A stretch of DNA of 64,000 bases. Source: Promethearchaeota archaeon (lineage in GTDB: Archaea; Asgardarchaeota; Lokiarchaeia; Sigyniarchaeales; SOKP01). The position numbers were made by a program, and so were the translations under genes. Positions 48,155-58,078 of this stretch are shown piece by piece. The notes under the pieces were generated by a model that worked only from the letters and a program-made list of their open reading frames with translations, had not been told where the DNA came from and did not search any database. The stretch is from contig JAEOTZ010000023.1 in the NCBI GenBank assembly GCA_016839585.1, forward strand, positions 1-64,000, read 5' to 3'. Every line of letters starts with the position of its first letter. Positions within the stretch are counted from its first letter, which is position 1.

Positions 48155-48955
48155 TTAATTAATATTTAATCTTTTCTTACATAATTCAATTGCCTTCGGA
48201 TTTTTATCTACACCTAGCCAATTCCTATTTAGTTTTTTGGCTACTACTAATGTAGTTCCTGAGCCACAAAAAAAATCAGCAACAATATCCTCTTCATTTG
48301 AGGATGCTAAAATAATTCTCTCAAGTAATTTTTCTGGTTTTTGTGTTGGATATCCAAAATACTCTTTTGACCTTGTCCTTGTTTGATAAGAATATATATC
48401 ATTCCAAACATCACCAATCACATTTCCCGGTTTTTCATCTAAATATTGACGTCCTCCACGTCTTTTTCTATATAGGCGACCATCTTCATCCTTATATCTA
48501 AACATTTTTTGAATATAATCTTCTTTATATGGTTTATATAGCTTATTGAACGTGTAATTGTCTGATTTTGTATAAAATAAGATTGTGTCATGTTGTCTTA
48601 CCCATCCTTTTACTTGACTCTTAAAGCCAGATACACTTCCAACATTCCAAACAATTTCTCTACGAAAATGTTTCCTTTTAAAGATGTTATCACACATAGG
48701 TTTTAAGTCAAACACAGCATTGTTATCACAATGCAAATAGAAACTACCTGAATGTTTAAGAACACGATATATTTCCTTAATTCGTGGTTTCATAAAATCT
48801 AAATAATCATCTACCGAAACCCATAAATCAGAGAATTCTTTATAATCCACACCACTATAGAATGGAGGATCAATGTAGATTAAGTCAATTAAATCAGAAT
48901 TCATATTTCTTAAGAAATCCAAATTTTCTGCTAAGTAGACTGTGTTTAACTTCAT
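48155..48955 (-). CDS. Orphan beta-class N4/N6 DNA methyltransferase
   Basis: IYIDPPF (motif IV) before YPTQKP and DFFCGSGTT (motif I). Confidence 0.92.
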   Translation of the reverse strand: MKLNTVYLAENLDFLRNMNSDLIDLIYIDPPFYSGVDYKEFSDLWVSVDDYLDFMKPRIKEIYRVLKHSGSFYLHCDNNAVFDLKPMCDNIFKRKHFRREIVWNVGSVSGFKSQVKGWVRQHDTILFYTKSDNYTFNKLYKPYKEDYIQKMFRYKDEDGRLYRKRRGGRQYLDEKPGNVIGDVWNDIYSYQTRTRSKEYFGYPTQKPEKLLERIILASSNEEDIVADFFCGSGTTLVVAKKLNRNWLGVDKNPKAIELCKKRLNIN

Positions 48956-48993
48956 ATGAGAATTAAATAGAACTGAACATTAATAAGATTATT

Positions 48994-49392
48994 ATGAAGA
49001 AGGAAAGATTAAATAAGAATTTCTTGGCTGATCTTAAAGATTATGATTTTTTAAAAATAAAAGAAAATAAGATATATTTAGTTGGTTCTATTCGTTTTAG
49101 AGAATATTTTATTAAAATTGAGTCTATCCTTCAGATAACCCATAAAAAACTGGTGAATATCTGTTCAGTGGACGGTTTATTGAATAAAGAGAAATTTTCA
49201 AATGAGGAATGGGATAAATTACAAAAAATTGCATTAAGAAAATTACATGATCAAGAAGCAATATTGGTACTTGATATAAATAATTATATTGGAGAACAGT
49301 CGAGGGAAGAAATTGACTATTTTAAGAACAAATTAAAAAAACCTATATATTTTCTTTCAGAATTAAACTTAAAATTATATAAAAATCAATAA
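48994..49392 (+). CDS. Nucleoside-deoxyribosyltransferase-like small protein
   Basis: IYLVGSIRF...AILVLD..YIGEQSREEI. Confidence 0.55.
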   Translation: MKKERLNKNFLADLKDYDFLKIKENKIYLVGSIRFREYFIKIESILQITHKKLVNICSVDGLLNKEKFSNEEWDKLQKIALRKLHDQEAILVLDINNYIGEQSREEIDYFKNKLKKPIYFLSELNLKLYKNQ

Positions 49393-49490
49393 TTTAAGCA
49401 ACTCGATATTTTTTAAAGATTTAACTCAATAATAATTACAATCTAATAAATTGTAAAATTTAAGTAAAATATTAAGGGTTATATACAATA

Positions 49491-50465
49491 ATGGAATTGT
49501 TCCAAATTTTTTGGGACGATCAAAATAAACTTTTTTTAGAATTTAAAAAGAATAAGGAGGAAAAGCAATTATTCCTTCCTGAAAATATAAAACGCTTAAA
49601 TCTACAATTTGAAATTTTAAAACAAGAAATCTTCTATAAAGAACCACCCTATTTAATTTCCATCAAAAAGTTATTTCATTCAAAAGAAGCTTTATCTTTT
49701 GCAATTGATTTAGATTTGATTAGCACTCTTGAGAATCTTCAAATTAAGATATTGCGTTTAGTAATATTTTTATATTCAGGTCAACGTATTGAATATTCTT
49801 TGGAGGAGATGTTTAAAATGTCAGAAATCTCAATTAATGAGGACTGTTATGTAGGATACGAGATTGAAAATTTAGACCCAAATAAAAATCTAAAAGGCAC
49901 TTTTACTCAAGAAAAAATCTATGAAGAAATCAAAACAGAATATACTAAATATGAACAAAAAAGAACTATTGTATATGAAAAGAAAGCTTTTGAATCCATT
50001 CCTAAAAACAATTCACTGATTTCAATGATCAGTGAAAGTAATAAGACATTAAAGAATATTGAAGAGCAATTAAAAAATCTAACAGTAGTCTTAAAAAATG
50101 GGAGTTTTACCAATCAACAGTATCTTCCAGCTCCTCCTGTTATTAAAAGAAGTCAAGAAATAGGTATTGAAAGAATAAAACAACCATATTCAAAAGATGG
50201 CTTAATCCAAAGTGGAGTATCTTCAGCTAAAATATTAGTAATTAAAGAAATGAAATCGGTTTTTAAAGAAAGTATTGAAAAAAATAATGGATTTAGTATA
50301 AAAGATATTTTAAAACCTATGAGTGATGAAGAGCTTAAGAGTTTAATCCTAGATGAAAAACAATTAGAGGAAAAAGAAGAAGAAGCTATTAAGAATCAAA
50401 TAAAACGATTAGAGAAACATAAAAAAAAAGAACTATCCTTAGAAAAATTAAAAAAACCTAAGTGA
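49491..50465 (+). CDS. Hypothetical protein with coiled-coil segments
   Basis: 324-aa ORF; no motif recognised. Confidence 0.7.
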   Translation: MELFQIFWDDQNKLFLEFKKNKEEKQLFLPENIKRLNLQFEILKQEIFYKEPPYLISIKKLFHSKEALSFAIDLDLISTLENLQIKILRLVIFLYSGQRIEYSLEEMFKMSEISINEDCYVGYEIENLDPNKNLKGTFTQEKIYEEIKTEYTKYEQKRTIVYEKKAFESIPKNNSLISMISESNKTLKNIEEQLKNLTVVLKNGSFTNQQYLPAPPVIKRSQEIGIERIKQPYSKDGLIQSGVSSAKILVIKEMKSVFKESIEKNNGFSIKDILKPMSDEELKSLILDEKQLEEKEEEAIKNQIKRLEKHKKKELSLEKLKKPK

Positions 50466-50580
50466 ATTTCGGAATTTTGCTTTAATTTAAAATAAAATCG
50501 AAATTATTTAGATTAAATGTATCATAAATAAATACTTATAAATCTTTTATTGCTTTCCAATATTAAATTATAATTAAAGC

Positions 50581-51384
50581 TTGTTTATTCAATCGAGGTT
50601 AAAAAAAATTTTATTAAATTACTTCATAGGAACAGCGGGAAGTGGAAAGTCTACACTTACCGGTGATTTAAAACACTATATTTCAAATCGAAACCCTGAA
50701 GTTTCAGTTATTACAATTAATTTGGATCCTGGAGTAAGAGTTATTTCTTACGCTCCTGATATAGATATCAGGGATTTCATTGTTCTTGAGGAAGTTATGG
50801 AAAAATATGGATTAGGTCCTAACGGAGCGATGATATTGGCTTCTGATTTAATGGTTAATTATCTAGATGATATTAAGGATGAGATAGACGAGTTTAATCC
50901 AGATTGGATTTTAGCAGATACAGCAGGCCAGTTAGAACTTTTTGCGTTTCGTGAAACAGGCCCATTGATTGCTAGTGCATTAGGATTTGGATCCATTCAA
51001 AGATCTGTAAGCTTTCTTTTTGATTCTAACTTTGTACTCAGACCAAATGGTTTTATTTCAACATTACTTCTAGCTGCTTCTGTACAATTTCGATTTAGAA
51101 GAATCCCTCAAATTAATGTTCTTTCTAAAGCAGACTTATTAGATGAGGATCAGATAGATATGATTGTTAATTGGAGTCAAGATTTTAAAGCATTGGAAGA
51201 ATCTACAAGTGAACGAGAAGGTGGATTAATTAGAGAATTGTCAATGAATTTATCAGAAGTTTTTCTTCAAATGGGATCAACTGCAGAACTAATACCTTGT
51301 AGTACAAAAGAAGAACATGGTCTTGATCTATTATTTGGATATTTACAAAGAGTTTTTGATTCTGATAAATCAAAATATTATTAA
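50581..51384 (+). CDS. GPN-loop GTPase (start probably near ATT 50608)
   Basis: GTAGSGKS, NLDPG, LGPNGA, DTAGQ.E, SKAD. Confidence 0.95.
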   Translation: MFIQSRLKKILLNYFIGTAGSGKSTLTGDLKHYISNRNPEVSVITINLDPGVRVISYAPDIDIRDFIVLEEVMEKYGLGPNGAMILASDLMVNYLDDIKDEIDEFNPDWILADTAGQLELFAFRETGPLIASALGFGSIQRSVSFLFDSNFVLRPNGFISTLLLAASVQFRFRRIPQINVLSKADLLDEDQIDMIVNWSQDFKALEESTSEREGGLIRELSMNLSEVFLQMGSTAELIPCSTKEEHGLDLLFGYLQRVFDSDKSKYY

Positions 51385-51447
51385 TACCTTAAGATATAAG
51401 TAAAGCACAATTATTTTAATTTAGTATAAGATCATTCTCTACGAAAA

Positions 51448-52545
51448 ATGAAAATAATAGGTCCAATAGCCGGCATAGGCTCAAGACTTCGCCCATTTAC
51501 GTTAAGCAAGCCAAAGGCTTTTATAAGAGTAGCTGGTAAAACAGTCCTGGATCACATCTTAGATAAATTCACAAATACATTTGATTCGGAAACTGAATTA
51601 ATCCTAATCGTTGGATACAAGAAAAGACAAATTATTGATTATATTAAAAAAAATTATAGCGATAAATTTAAACTTACTTTTATCGAGCAAGTCCCTCGCG
51701 GCTATAAGGAGGATATTCCATATTATTGGGGCCTTGGAGAAGCTGTATACCTAGCACATAAAAGATTTAAAAAGCAGGAATTCAAATCCAATGAAGATGA
51801 TAAAAGAGCAGGATCTTTGATTTTTCTAAGTGATATGATCCCAATTGTCGAATATTCATACTTAATGTATCGGTATTATGAATCGGACGTAGATGGTATC
51901 ATTACTGTTATAGAAGTTCCTAAAGAAGATGCAATTTCATACGGTGTCGTAACTATTGATGAGAATTCAATTATAAGAAGATTAGTCGAGAAACCAAAAG
52001 AATTTGTATCAAATTTAGCTATTGCTGGCATTTATGCTTTTTCAAATTCTGCTACACATGCGCTTTTTAGAAATATTAAAAAATATCTAAATAATAGAAA
52101 AGAGAATTCAAAAGAAATATATTTAACAGAAAGTCTTCAAGATTTAGTAAATAGTGGATATAAAATTGCTGCTGTTAATCTAAAGCAAGGTATTTTGGAC
52201 TTTGGACGTCCTTCAGAAGTGTTAAATGGAAATAAATATCTTTTAGAACAAAATTCCATTAAAAAAGAGGATTTCCAATCATTAAATATTACTATAGATA
52301 AGTCATTCATAAAGAATCCTATACATCTTGGCAAAAATACAAATATTGTAAATTCAGTTATTGGACCGTATGTATCTATAGGGAAAAATTCATTCATACA
52401 AAATTCAATTTTAAGAAATTGCGTTATTGAAGAGAGTGTAAAGTTGAAAAATATCATTACAGAAAATTCAATCATAGGAAGTAATGTGAAAGTTGAAAAT
52501 ATAAGCCAATCAGGTTTAATTATCGGTGATAAAAGTATCTTTTAG
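51448..52545 (+). CDS. Sugar-phosphate nucleotidyltransferase (glucose-1-P thymidylyltransferase long-form-like)
   Basis: AGIGSRLRP.T..KPK, VEKP, C-terminal hexapeptide beta-helix. Confidence 0.92.
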   Translation: MKIIGPIAGIGSRLRPFTLSKPKAFIRVAGKTVLDHILDKFTNTFDSETELILIVGYKKRQIIDYIKKNYSDKFKLTFIEQVPRGYKEDIPYYWGLGEAVYLAHKRFKKQEFKSNEDDKRAGSLIFLSDMIPIVEYSYLMYRYYESDVDGIITVIEVPKEDAISYGVVTIDENSIIRRLVEKPKEFVSNLAIAGIYAFSNSATHALFRNIKKYLNNRKENSKEIYLTESLQDLVNSGYKIAAVNLKQGILDFGRPSEVLNGNKYLLEQNSIKKEDFQSLNITIDKSFIKNPIHLGKNTNIVNSVIGPYVSIGKNSFIQNSILRNCVIEESVKLKNIITENSIIGSNVKVENISQSGLIIGDKSIF

Positions 52546-52687
52546 ATAATCAATTTAAACAGAAAATTTGAGAATTATTATATTTTATAGTTAAATATTA
52601 AAGATAAAAAGATTAAAATACTAATTAATAGTAATAAGATTTTGAATAAATTAGAAATTTAATTAAATATGGTTTTGATGAGTTAAG

Positions 52688-54094
52688 ATGCCTTTTAATA
52701 TTGCATTTGATATAGCACATAAACCAAGGGGTAGAATCGATGAAAACCTCACTGAACTTCGAGATTATTTAAATACAAATGATTTTGTATGTTATAACTT
52801 TTTAGAAGCACCAATAACAGAAGAATCTTTAATGCCATATGATATCTTAGTATTTGTATGCCCTGATTTTGCAAAGATATCTCCTTTAGAAATTACTGAG
52901 ATTATAAACTGGATTAAAAATGCTGGCGGAGGTTTATTATTATTATCTCATGCTGGTGGTGATAGAGGTCGCAATAGTAATTTATCTGAAATTTCTGAAC
53001 AATTTGGTATTGCTTTTGAAAATGATCAAGTTTTGGATGAAACTATTAATTTAGGCATTGAGAATATACCAAAAATCTCTACCTTCAATATTCCCCATCC
53101 TATAACAACTGAAATCTATTCATTATGCTATCGCTCTGGATGCTCACTTACGATTATCGGTGGTGGTGCTTTTTCAATAGCCGATTCCAATGAAACTTCT
53201 GAACCATTTTCTTGTCCTTTGATTTGTGTTTCTGAATCAGAATATGGTAGAGTTTGTTGTATTGGAAGTTATGAAATTTTTAGAGATAAAGTTGGAGGTG
53301 GCTTTCAATGTGATCAACACCCAGATTTAGCTTTGAATATTTTTAAATGGCTAGTTTCTGATTATCGAATGGACTTAAGATCAAGTGGTCAAATTCCTGT
53401 TCCCTCACCTGATATCCCTAGTGGTTCAACTCAGGTAGCGGAACCATTGGATACAACTGCTAAATCTACCTCAACTACTAAACGAGCTATTGATATTGAT
53501 TTTTCAATGAAAATTTATAAGAAAAGTGAATTAATGGAACTATTAAAAATCTTTCAAAATCAAATAAATACAATAAAAAATACGATTGATAAATTGATAA
53601 AAACAACTGAAGCGTCAGAAAAAGAGATTATTGAACTTACTGAGACTAAGACTTCCAAGATACCTTCACAAACTCAAGAGTTTGTTCCAGATGCTCAAAT
53701 TTCAGAAGAAACTGAAAAGCAAGATTATATCAAACTGGGGGAACAAGGAGAGCCAACTCTAACTGCTTTACCTCCAAAACCGGGGACACTAAAAACAGAC
53801 CAAGATTTTATAGGATTACCTTTAGTTGATGATGAATCTAAGATTTCTTTAAAACCTGCTCCTAAACTTAAAAAGCAATCCAAAGCAAAATCAATTAAAG
53901 AATTAAGAGAAGAAAAGAAAGGATTAGTAACCAAAGTAGATTCTGTTGAAAATTTAATGAAAATTATTGATAATAAACGCGATAGTGGAAAAATAGATGA
54001 TGAATCTTATATTAAGCAATCAAAAAGATTACAAGCAGATTTAAAGAAAGCTAAAAAGAGGATGGCATCAATCGATAAACTTTTGAAAAAATAA
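52688..54094 (+). CDS. GATase-like (DUF4350 / GldG-IFT52 type) domain + Pro-rich linker + coiled coil
   Basis: IAFDIAH, YDILVF..P, GGGLLLL, NLSEISEQFGI.F, HPIT, GRV..IGS. Confidence 0.7.
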   Translation: MPFNIAFDIAHKPRGRIDENLTELRDYLNTNDFVCYNFLEAPITEESLMPYDILVFVCPDFAKISPLEITEIINWIKNAGGGLLLLSHAGGDRGRNSNLSEISEQFGIAFENDQVLDETINLGIENIPKISTFNIPHPITTEIYSLCYRSGCSLTIIGGGAFSIADSNETSEPFSCPLICVSESEYGRVCCIGSYEIFRDKVGGGFQCDQHPDLALNIFKWLVSDYRMDLRSSGQIPVPSPDIPSGSTQVAEPLDTTAKSTSTTKRAIDIDFSMKIYKKSELMELLKIFQNQINTIKNTIDKLIKTTEASEKEIIELTETKTSKIPSQTQEFVPDAQISEETEKQDYIKLGEQGEPTLTALPPKPGTLKTDQDFIGLPLVDDESKISLKPAPKLKKQSKAKSIKELREEKKGLVTKVDSVENLMKIIDNKRDSGKIDDESYIKQSKRLQADLKKAKKRMASIDKLLKK

Positions 54095-54179
54095 TATTTT
54101 AAGGTTTATATTTTTAGATTAAATTTCTTATAGAAGAAAATAGTGAAAAAAAGGGCGATAACACACTCTTTTAATGATA

Positions 54180-54599
54180 CTATTTAATAATATCTGTTAT
54201 AAAACACGTTTCCATAATTTTAACTCCCCCAATTCGGGAGATTTTTTCCTCAATTAATGGATTAAATTGTTCAATTGAAGGGATTTCCACCTTTATAAAT
54301 AATCCACAATCGCCGCTAAGTCTCCAAATATCTGTAATTTCCTCAATTCCTATTAATCCTTTTAAAATATTTTTAATCTCTTTAAAGTTAGGTTCGATTT
54401 TTACAGTAGCTCGGGTTTTAGGTTTTGAATCTATATTATATTCAATTGTAAATTTTTTAATGACTCCTTCTTCTATTAAATTCTTGACTCTTCTTCTTAC
54501 TGTTGCTTCTGTTTTCCCTACATTTTCAGAAATGTCGTTATACGACATTCTCCCGTCATCTTTTAATAATTCTAATATTTTTAAATCTACTATATCCAT
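54180..54599 (-). CDS. Lrp/AsnC family transcriptional regulator
   Basis: MDIVDLKILELLKDDGRMSY...EATVRRRV..L.EEGVIK. Confidence 0.95.
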   Translation of the reverse strand: MDIVDLKILELLKDDGRMSYNDISENVGKTEATVRRRVKNLIEEGVIKKFTIEYNIDSKPKTRATVKIEPNFKEIKNILKGLIGIEEITDIWRLSGDCGLFIKVEIPSIEQFNPLIEEKISRIGGVKIMETCFITDIIK

Positions 54600-54896
54600 T
54601 GTCGGTATATTCTTTTTTGATTATTTGATTATTAAATATGATAAATTATTTATTAAATTTTTTCTTTTTTGTTATCAAATTTTTAATTTCGTTTTTGAGA
54701 AAATTAATTTTGTTAAAAAATATTAATAAGGGTTTAACAAACTATAAAAATAAATTTATCAATCTATAAATAATCCACTAAGATATTTTAATATTCGATA
54801 AAATTATTGTATAATGATTGAAAACTATTGTATAATTAGAAGTTATAAATTAATTGATGATAAATTTCAATAACTTTAAAAATGTATATTTAAATT

Positions 54897-55181
54897 ATGA
54901 GTAATCTTTTTCTAGGTTTAGACTGTTCAACTCAAAGTTTAACTGGATTAATAATAGATTATGATTCTAGTAAGGTTTTATTTCGATATAATATAAATTT
55001 TGAAAAGGATCTCCCTCACTATAATACAAAAAATGGTACTATTATATGTGAAGATAAAAAAGTTGTTCATTTTTATCCGCTGATGTGGGTTGATGCATTA
55101 GAATTGTTATTTTCTAGATATATAAAAAATTTGAAGCGTTTGCTCTTAGGAATCGAAAAAATCCTGAAAATAAACGTATAG
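54897..55181 (+). pseudogene. FGGY-family (xylulokinase-like) N-terminal remnant
   Basis: LFLGLDCSTQSL, DLPHY.T.NG, PLMWVDALE, then stop at 94 aa (family is about 500 aa). Confidence 0.8.
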
Positions 55182-55256
55182 AATTTATAAAAAAGCATTT
55201 TTCATAAGAATATAAATGAAAAAAAAATAAAAAAACAAACTATTGTTAATTCTCGA

Positions 55257-57812
55257 CTATTTTCGTTTAGTTAGTAGTAGCCATATAGTAAAAAGAGCGC
55301 TTATAGCAAGGAGTACACTTCCACTAATAATAAAACTCATAAAATAAATATTACCGATTTCATCGTGATTTAATGGTAATCCTGATTCTTCTTGTAATAA
55401 ACTAAGAGCAAAATTATCACGAATAAAATTTAACCAATCTAAAATTGCATCCATTTGATCATTATTTAAATCAAGGGCATTTTTTAAATAATTATATGTA
55501 CTGGATACTTTCATTGCTTTAAACCATTTTGGAAATCCTAAATGGTTAGTGAGCGCTAAATCATTAAGATCATTAGTGTGAAAAGGAATCCAAATTGTAG
55601 TAGGAGACCAAAGTATTTCTGCTACTTCTTTAGTAATATTTGTAGATGTTGGGATACCCACTTCCCAACCATCAAGCGAATCAACCCCTATTATTAAAGA
55701 TGCACCGGGATCCAGTCCCTCCTTGAATAATGAACCATTTGTCCATTGACGATAAAATTCAAAGACTGTTAAATCTTCCAACGTATAATACTCTGGAAGG
55801 TGTGTAATTGGATGCTCATAAGCTGTAGCAATCTCAACCATGTTTGGGACTACAATATTCTTAAATGTGGTAAATAACCAATTAGTTATCATGTTGAATT
55901 GAGTATTATTAAGTTGAAAAATATTCATTAATTCTGCTTGTACAGTTGGATTTACCTCATATGCTTCAATCCATTTTAAAAGTCCATCTTTATTGATAAA
56001 TGCTGATTTATTATACTCGTCAAAGAGAGCAGTAGCTGTAGATAGTGAAATATTACTTGGAGTTGGAACGCCCACTTCAAATCCTTTAGTTCCACTTCCA
56101 AATGGATCCAGATCTAACCCACTACTATCTACAGTTCCATTAGCCCATTGCATTAAAATTACAACAGGTGCATATTCCAATGGTGTAACATTTTCTCCTT
56201 GGAAATTTAAGTAAGTAAATAAAATTGGTACAATAATTAGTCGAATTGTATTGAATATCCATCTATAAAATTGGCTGTGAGTGGTATTATAAATTAAAAA
56301 TTCATCCATATTAAAAGTTGCATTTAATTCATTTTGCGCTGTTATATCTCCCTTATAAGCATCAAACCATTTTTTAATTCCACTTTCATTCACAATTGAA
56401 TGTGAATTACTTGGATCCCATAAATCTTGAACTGTACTATTTATAATATTAGACGCATCAGGAATACCTAATTCCAGACCTTTTTCTTCGACTGCCGCAA
56501 CTATATCTCTGATTAAATAATCGCTTATATATTCTCCTAATGGTAGAAGTTGATCATTCCACGTAGCATTGTATGTAGTTTCCATCAAAGTTCTGGTTCC
56601 AATATCTATAATAGCTAAATCATAAAGAACCATCCATTTTACTAGACCAAGACCAACTGATAATTGAGTCAACAAACCAGGGGAATCAAGATAACCATCA
56701 AGTAATCGTTCTTGAGCAGTAGAAGTATAATTTAAACTGTACGTAACATTACTCACATGCTCCGATACTCCCTTAAGAGTGGATGAGATATTAGTTTGTA
56801 CTGTATAATTATTGAAAAACCATTCTCTTGCAAGGGTTTCATTATCTTCTGTATATAATTTTATCTCTCTTATTGTTTTAGAGATATAGTAAGCTCCTAC
56901 TATGCTTTTCATCTCAAACTCAAGTTCTTCGAGAATATCTTCTAAATTTAATCCACTTGGGTAATAAGAGCCATTTGTCCATTGACTATAAAATACTGAA
57001 TTCGCATAAGTTTCTATATCTAAAGGTTCATATTCCTTTTTAACAATCTCAGGCCAAAGAAATGTAGTGATATAAGCCGATACGTTTTGGAGTTGTTTAG
57101 AATTCCAAGAACAATTATAAACTAATTCCATTGTACTTCTTGAACCAGGATCAACTTCTGCATCAGCATAAAAATCTAACCATTCTATAAGACCTACACC
57201 AGTCTCAAGATCAGTAAGTATTCCTGGATAGTCAGTATCTCCCAGCGTATACCCATACAATATTTTAGAAGACGTACTAGATGAATAGTTAAGACTTACT
57301 GTCCCACCCATCATACGCTCCGAAATTCCTTCTATTGCAGTAGAAAAATCATCTTGAAAAGTATAATTATTGAAAAATTGGTTTCTGGCGTTATCCCAAG
57401 TACTACTGTTATAGATCGTTAAATTAGCTATTGCGTTATAAATAATATTAGCAGCTCCTGTGCTATTTATTATTAAAGGTAATTTCTTAAGAGTTCTGTT
57501 TTGAAGGATTAATAGAGTATCAGGAATGGCTTCAACTTTAACCACATCATCAGAAATATTTGGTGCTAACATATTTCGGATTCCATCAAGAACTTCAGGA
57601 ATTCCTAAACCAAGAAATTGGGATTCTATTTCAGGAAGAACTTCTTCTTGAATTTGTAAAAGTGTATTCGGAATTTCAGCATAAACTTCGTTTCTAATAT
57701 ATCCATTTATTAATGCCCCAACGGGCATCAATCCTAAACTAAAAGCTATTGCAAGTACCGAAATGTATAGTTTTGCTTTAGATAGCATAATAAATATTTT
57801 GAATTGTTTCAT
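55257..57812 (-). CDS. Two-TM surface glycoprotein built from repeats of the CD36-insert module
   Basis: Terminal TMs; three QW(T/A)NG, three ExGxP and repeated LNxxQ..I..W motifs also seen in the insert of 30700..33027; many NxS/T sequons. Confidence 0.75.
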   Translation of the reverse strand: MKQFKIFIMLSKAKLYISVLAIAFSLGLMPVGALINGYIRNEVYAEIPNTLLQIQEEVLPEIESQFLGLGIPEVLDGIRNMLAPNISDDVVKVEAIPDTLLILQNRTLKKLPLIINSTGAANIIYNAIANLTIYNSSTWDNARNQFFNNYTFQDDFSTAIEGISERMMGGTVSLNYSSSTSSKILYGYTLGDTDYPGILTDLETGVGLIEWLDFYADAEVDPGSRSTMELVYNCSWNSKQLQNVSAYITTFLWPEIVKKEYEPLDIETYANSVFYSQWTNGSYYPSGLNLEDILEELEFEMKSIVGAYYISKTIREIKLYTEDNETLAREWFFNNYTVQTNISSTLKGVSEHVSNVTYSLNYTSTAQERLLDGYLDSPGLLTQLSVGLGLVKWMVLYDLAIIDIGTRTLMETTYNATWNDQLLPLGEYISDYLIRDIVAAVEEKGLELGIPDASNIINSTVQDLWDPSNSHSIVNESGIKKWFDAYKGDITAQNELNATFNMDEFLIYNTTHSQFYRWIFNTIRLIIVPILFTYLNFQGENVTPLEYAPVVILMQWANGTVDSSGLDLDPFGSGTKGFEVGVPTPSNISLSTATALFDEYNKSAFINKDGLLKWIEAYEVNPTVQAELMNIFQLNNTQFNMITNWLFTTFKNIVVPNMVEIATAYEHPITHLPEYYTLEDLTVFEFYRQWTNGSLFKEGLDPGASLIIGVDSLDGWEVGIPTSTNITKEVAEILWSPTTIWIPFHTNDLNDLALTNHLGFPKWFKAMKVSSTYNYLKNALDLNNDQMDAILDWLNFIRDNFALSLLQEESGLPLNHDEIGNIYFMSFIISGSVLLAISALFTIWLLLTKRK

Positions 57813-58078
57813 ATAAATTTTACCACATATATTTCTTCTGTTATTGATTTTTCAAACAGTTTGACCATGGTATGAAAAAGTTAGAAAATTTAATTCAATG
57901 AGAAACCTTATTACTGGTAGATTTTAATAAATGACAATATAAAGCGCATTTTGGAAGATCTATACTTATGATTGACTTTATTTTGAGATATTAAACCTAA
58001 AGATTCAAAAAAATTTAATTGAAAATTTTGATCTATCTATTAAATAAAAAAAAACTTTTTTATTGATTTTTAATTAAA

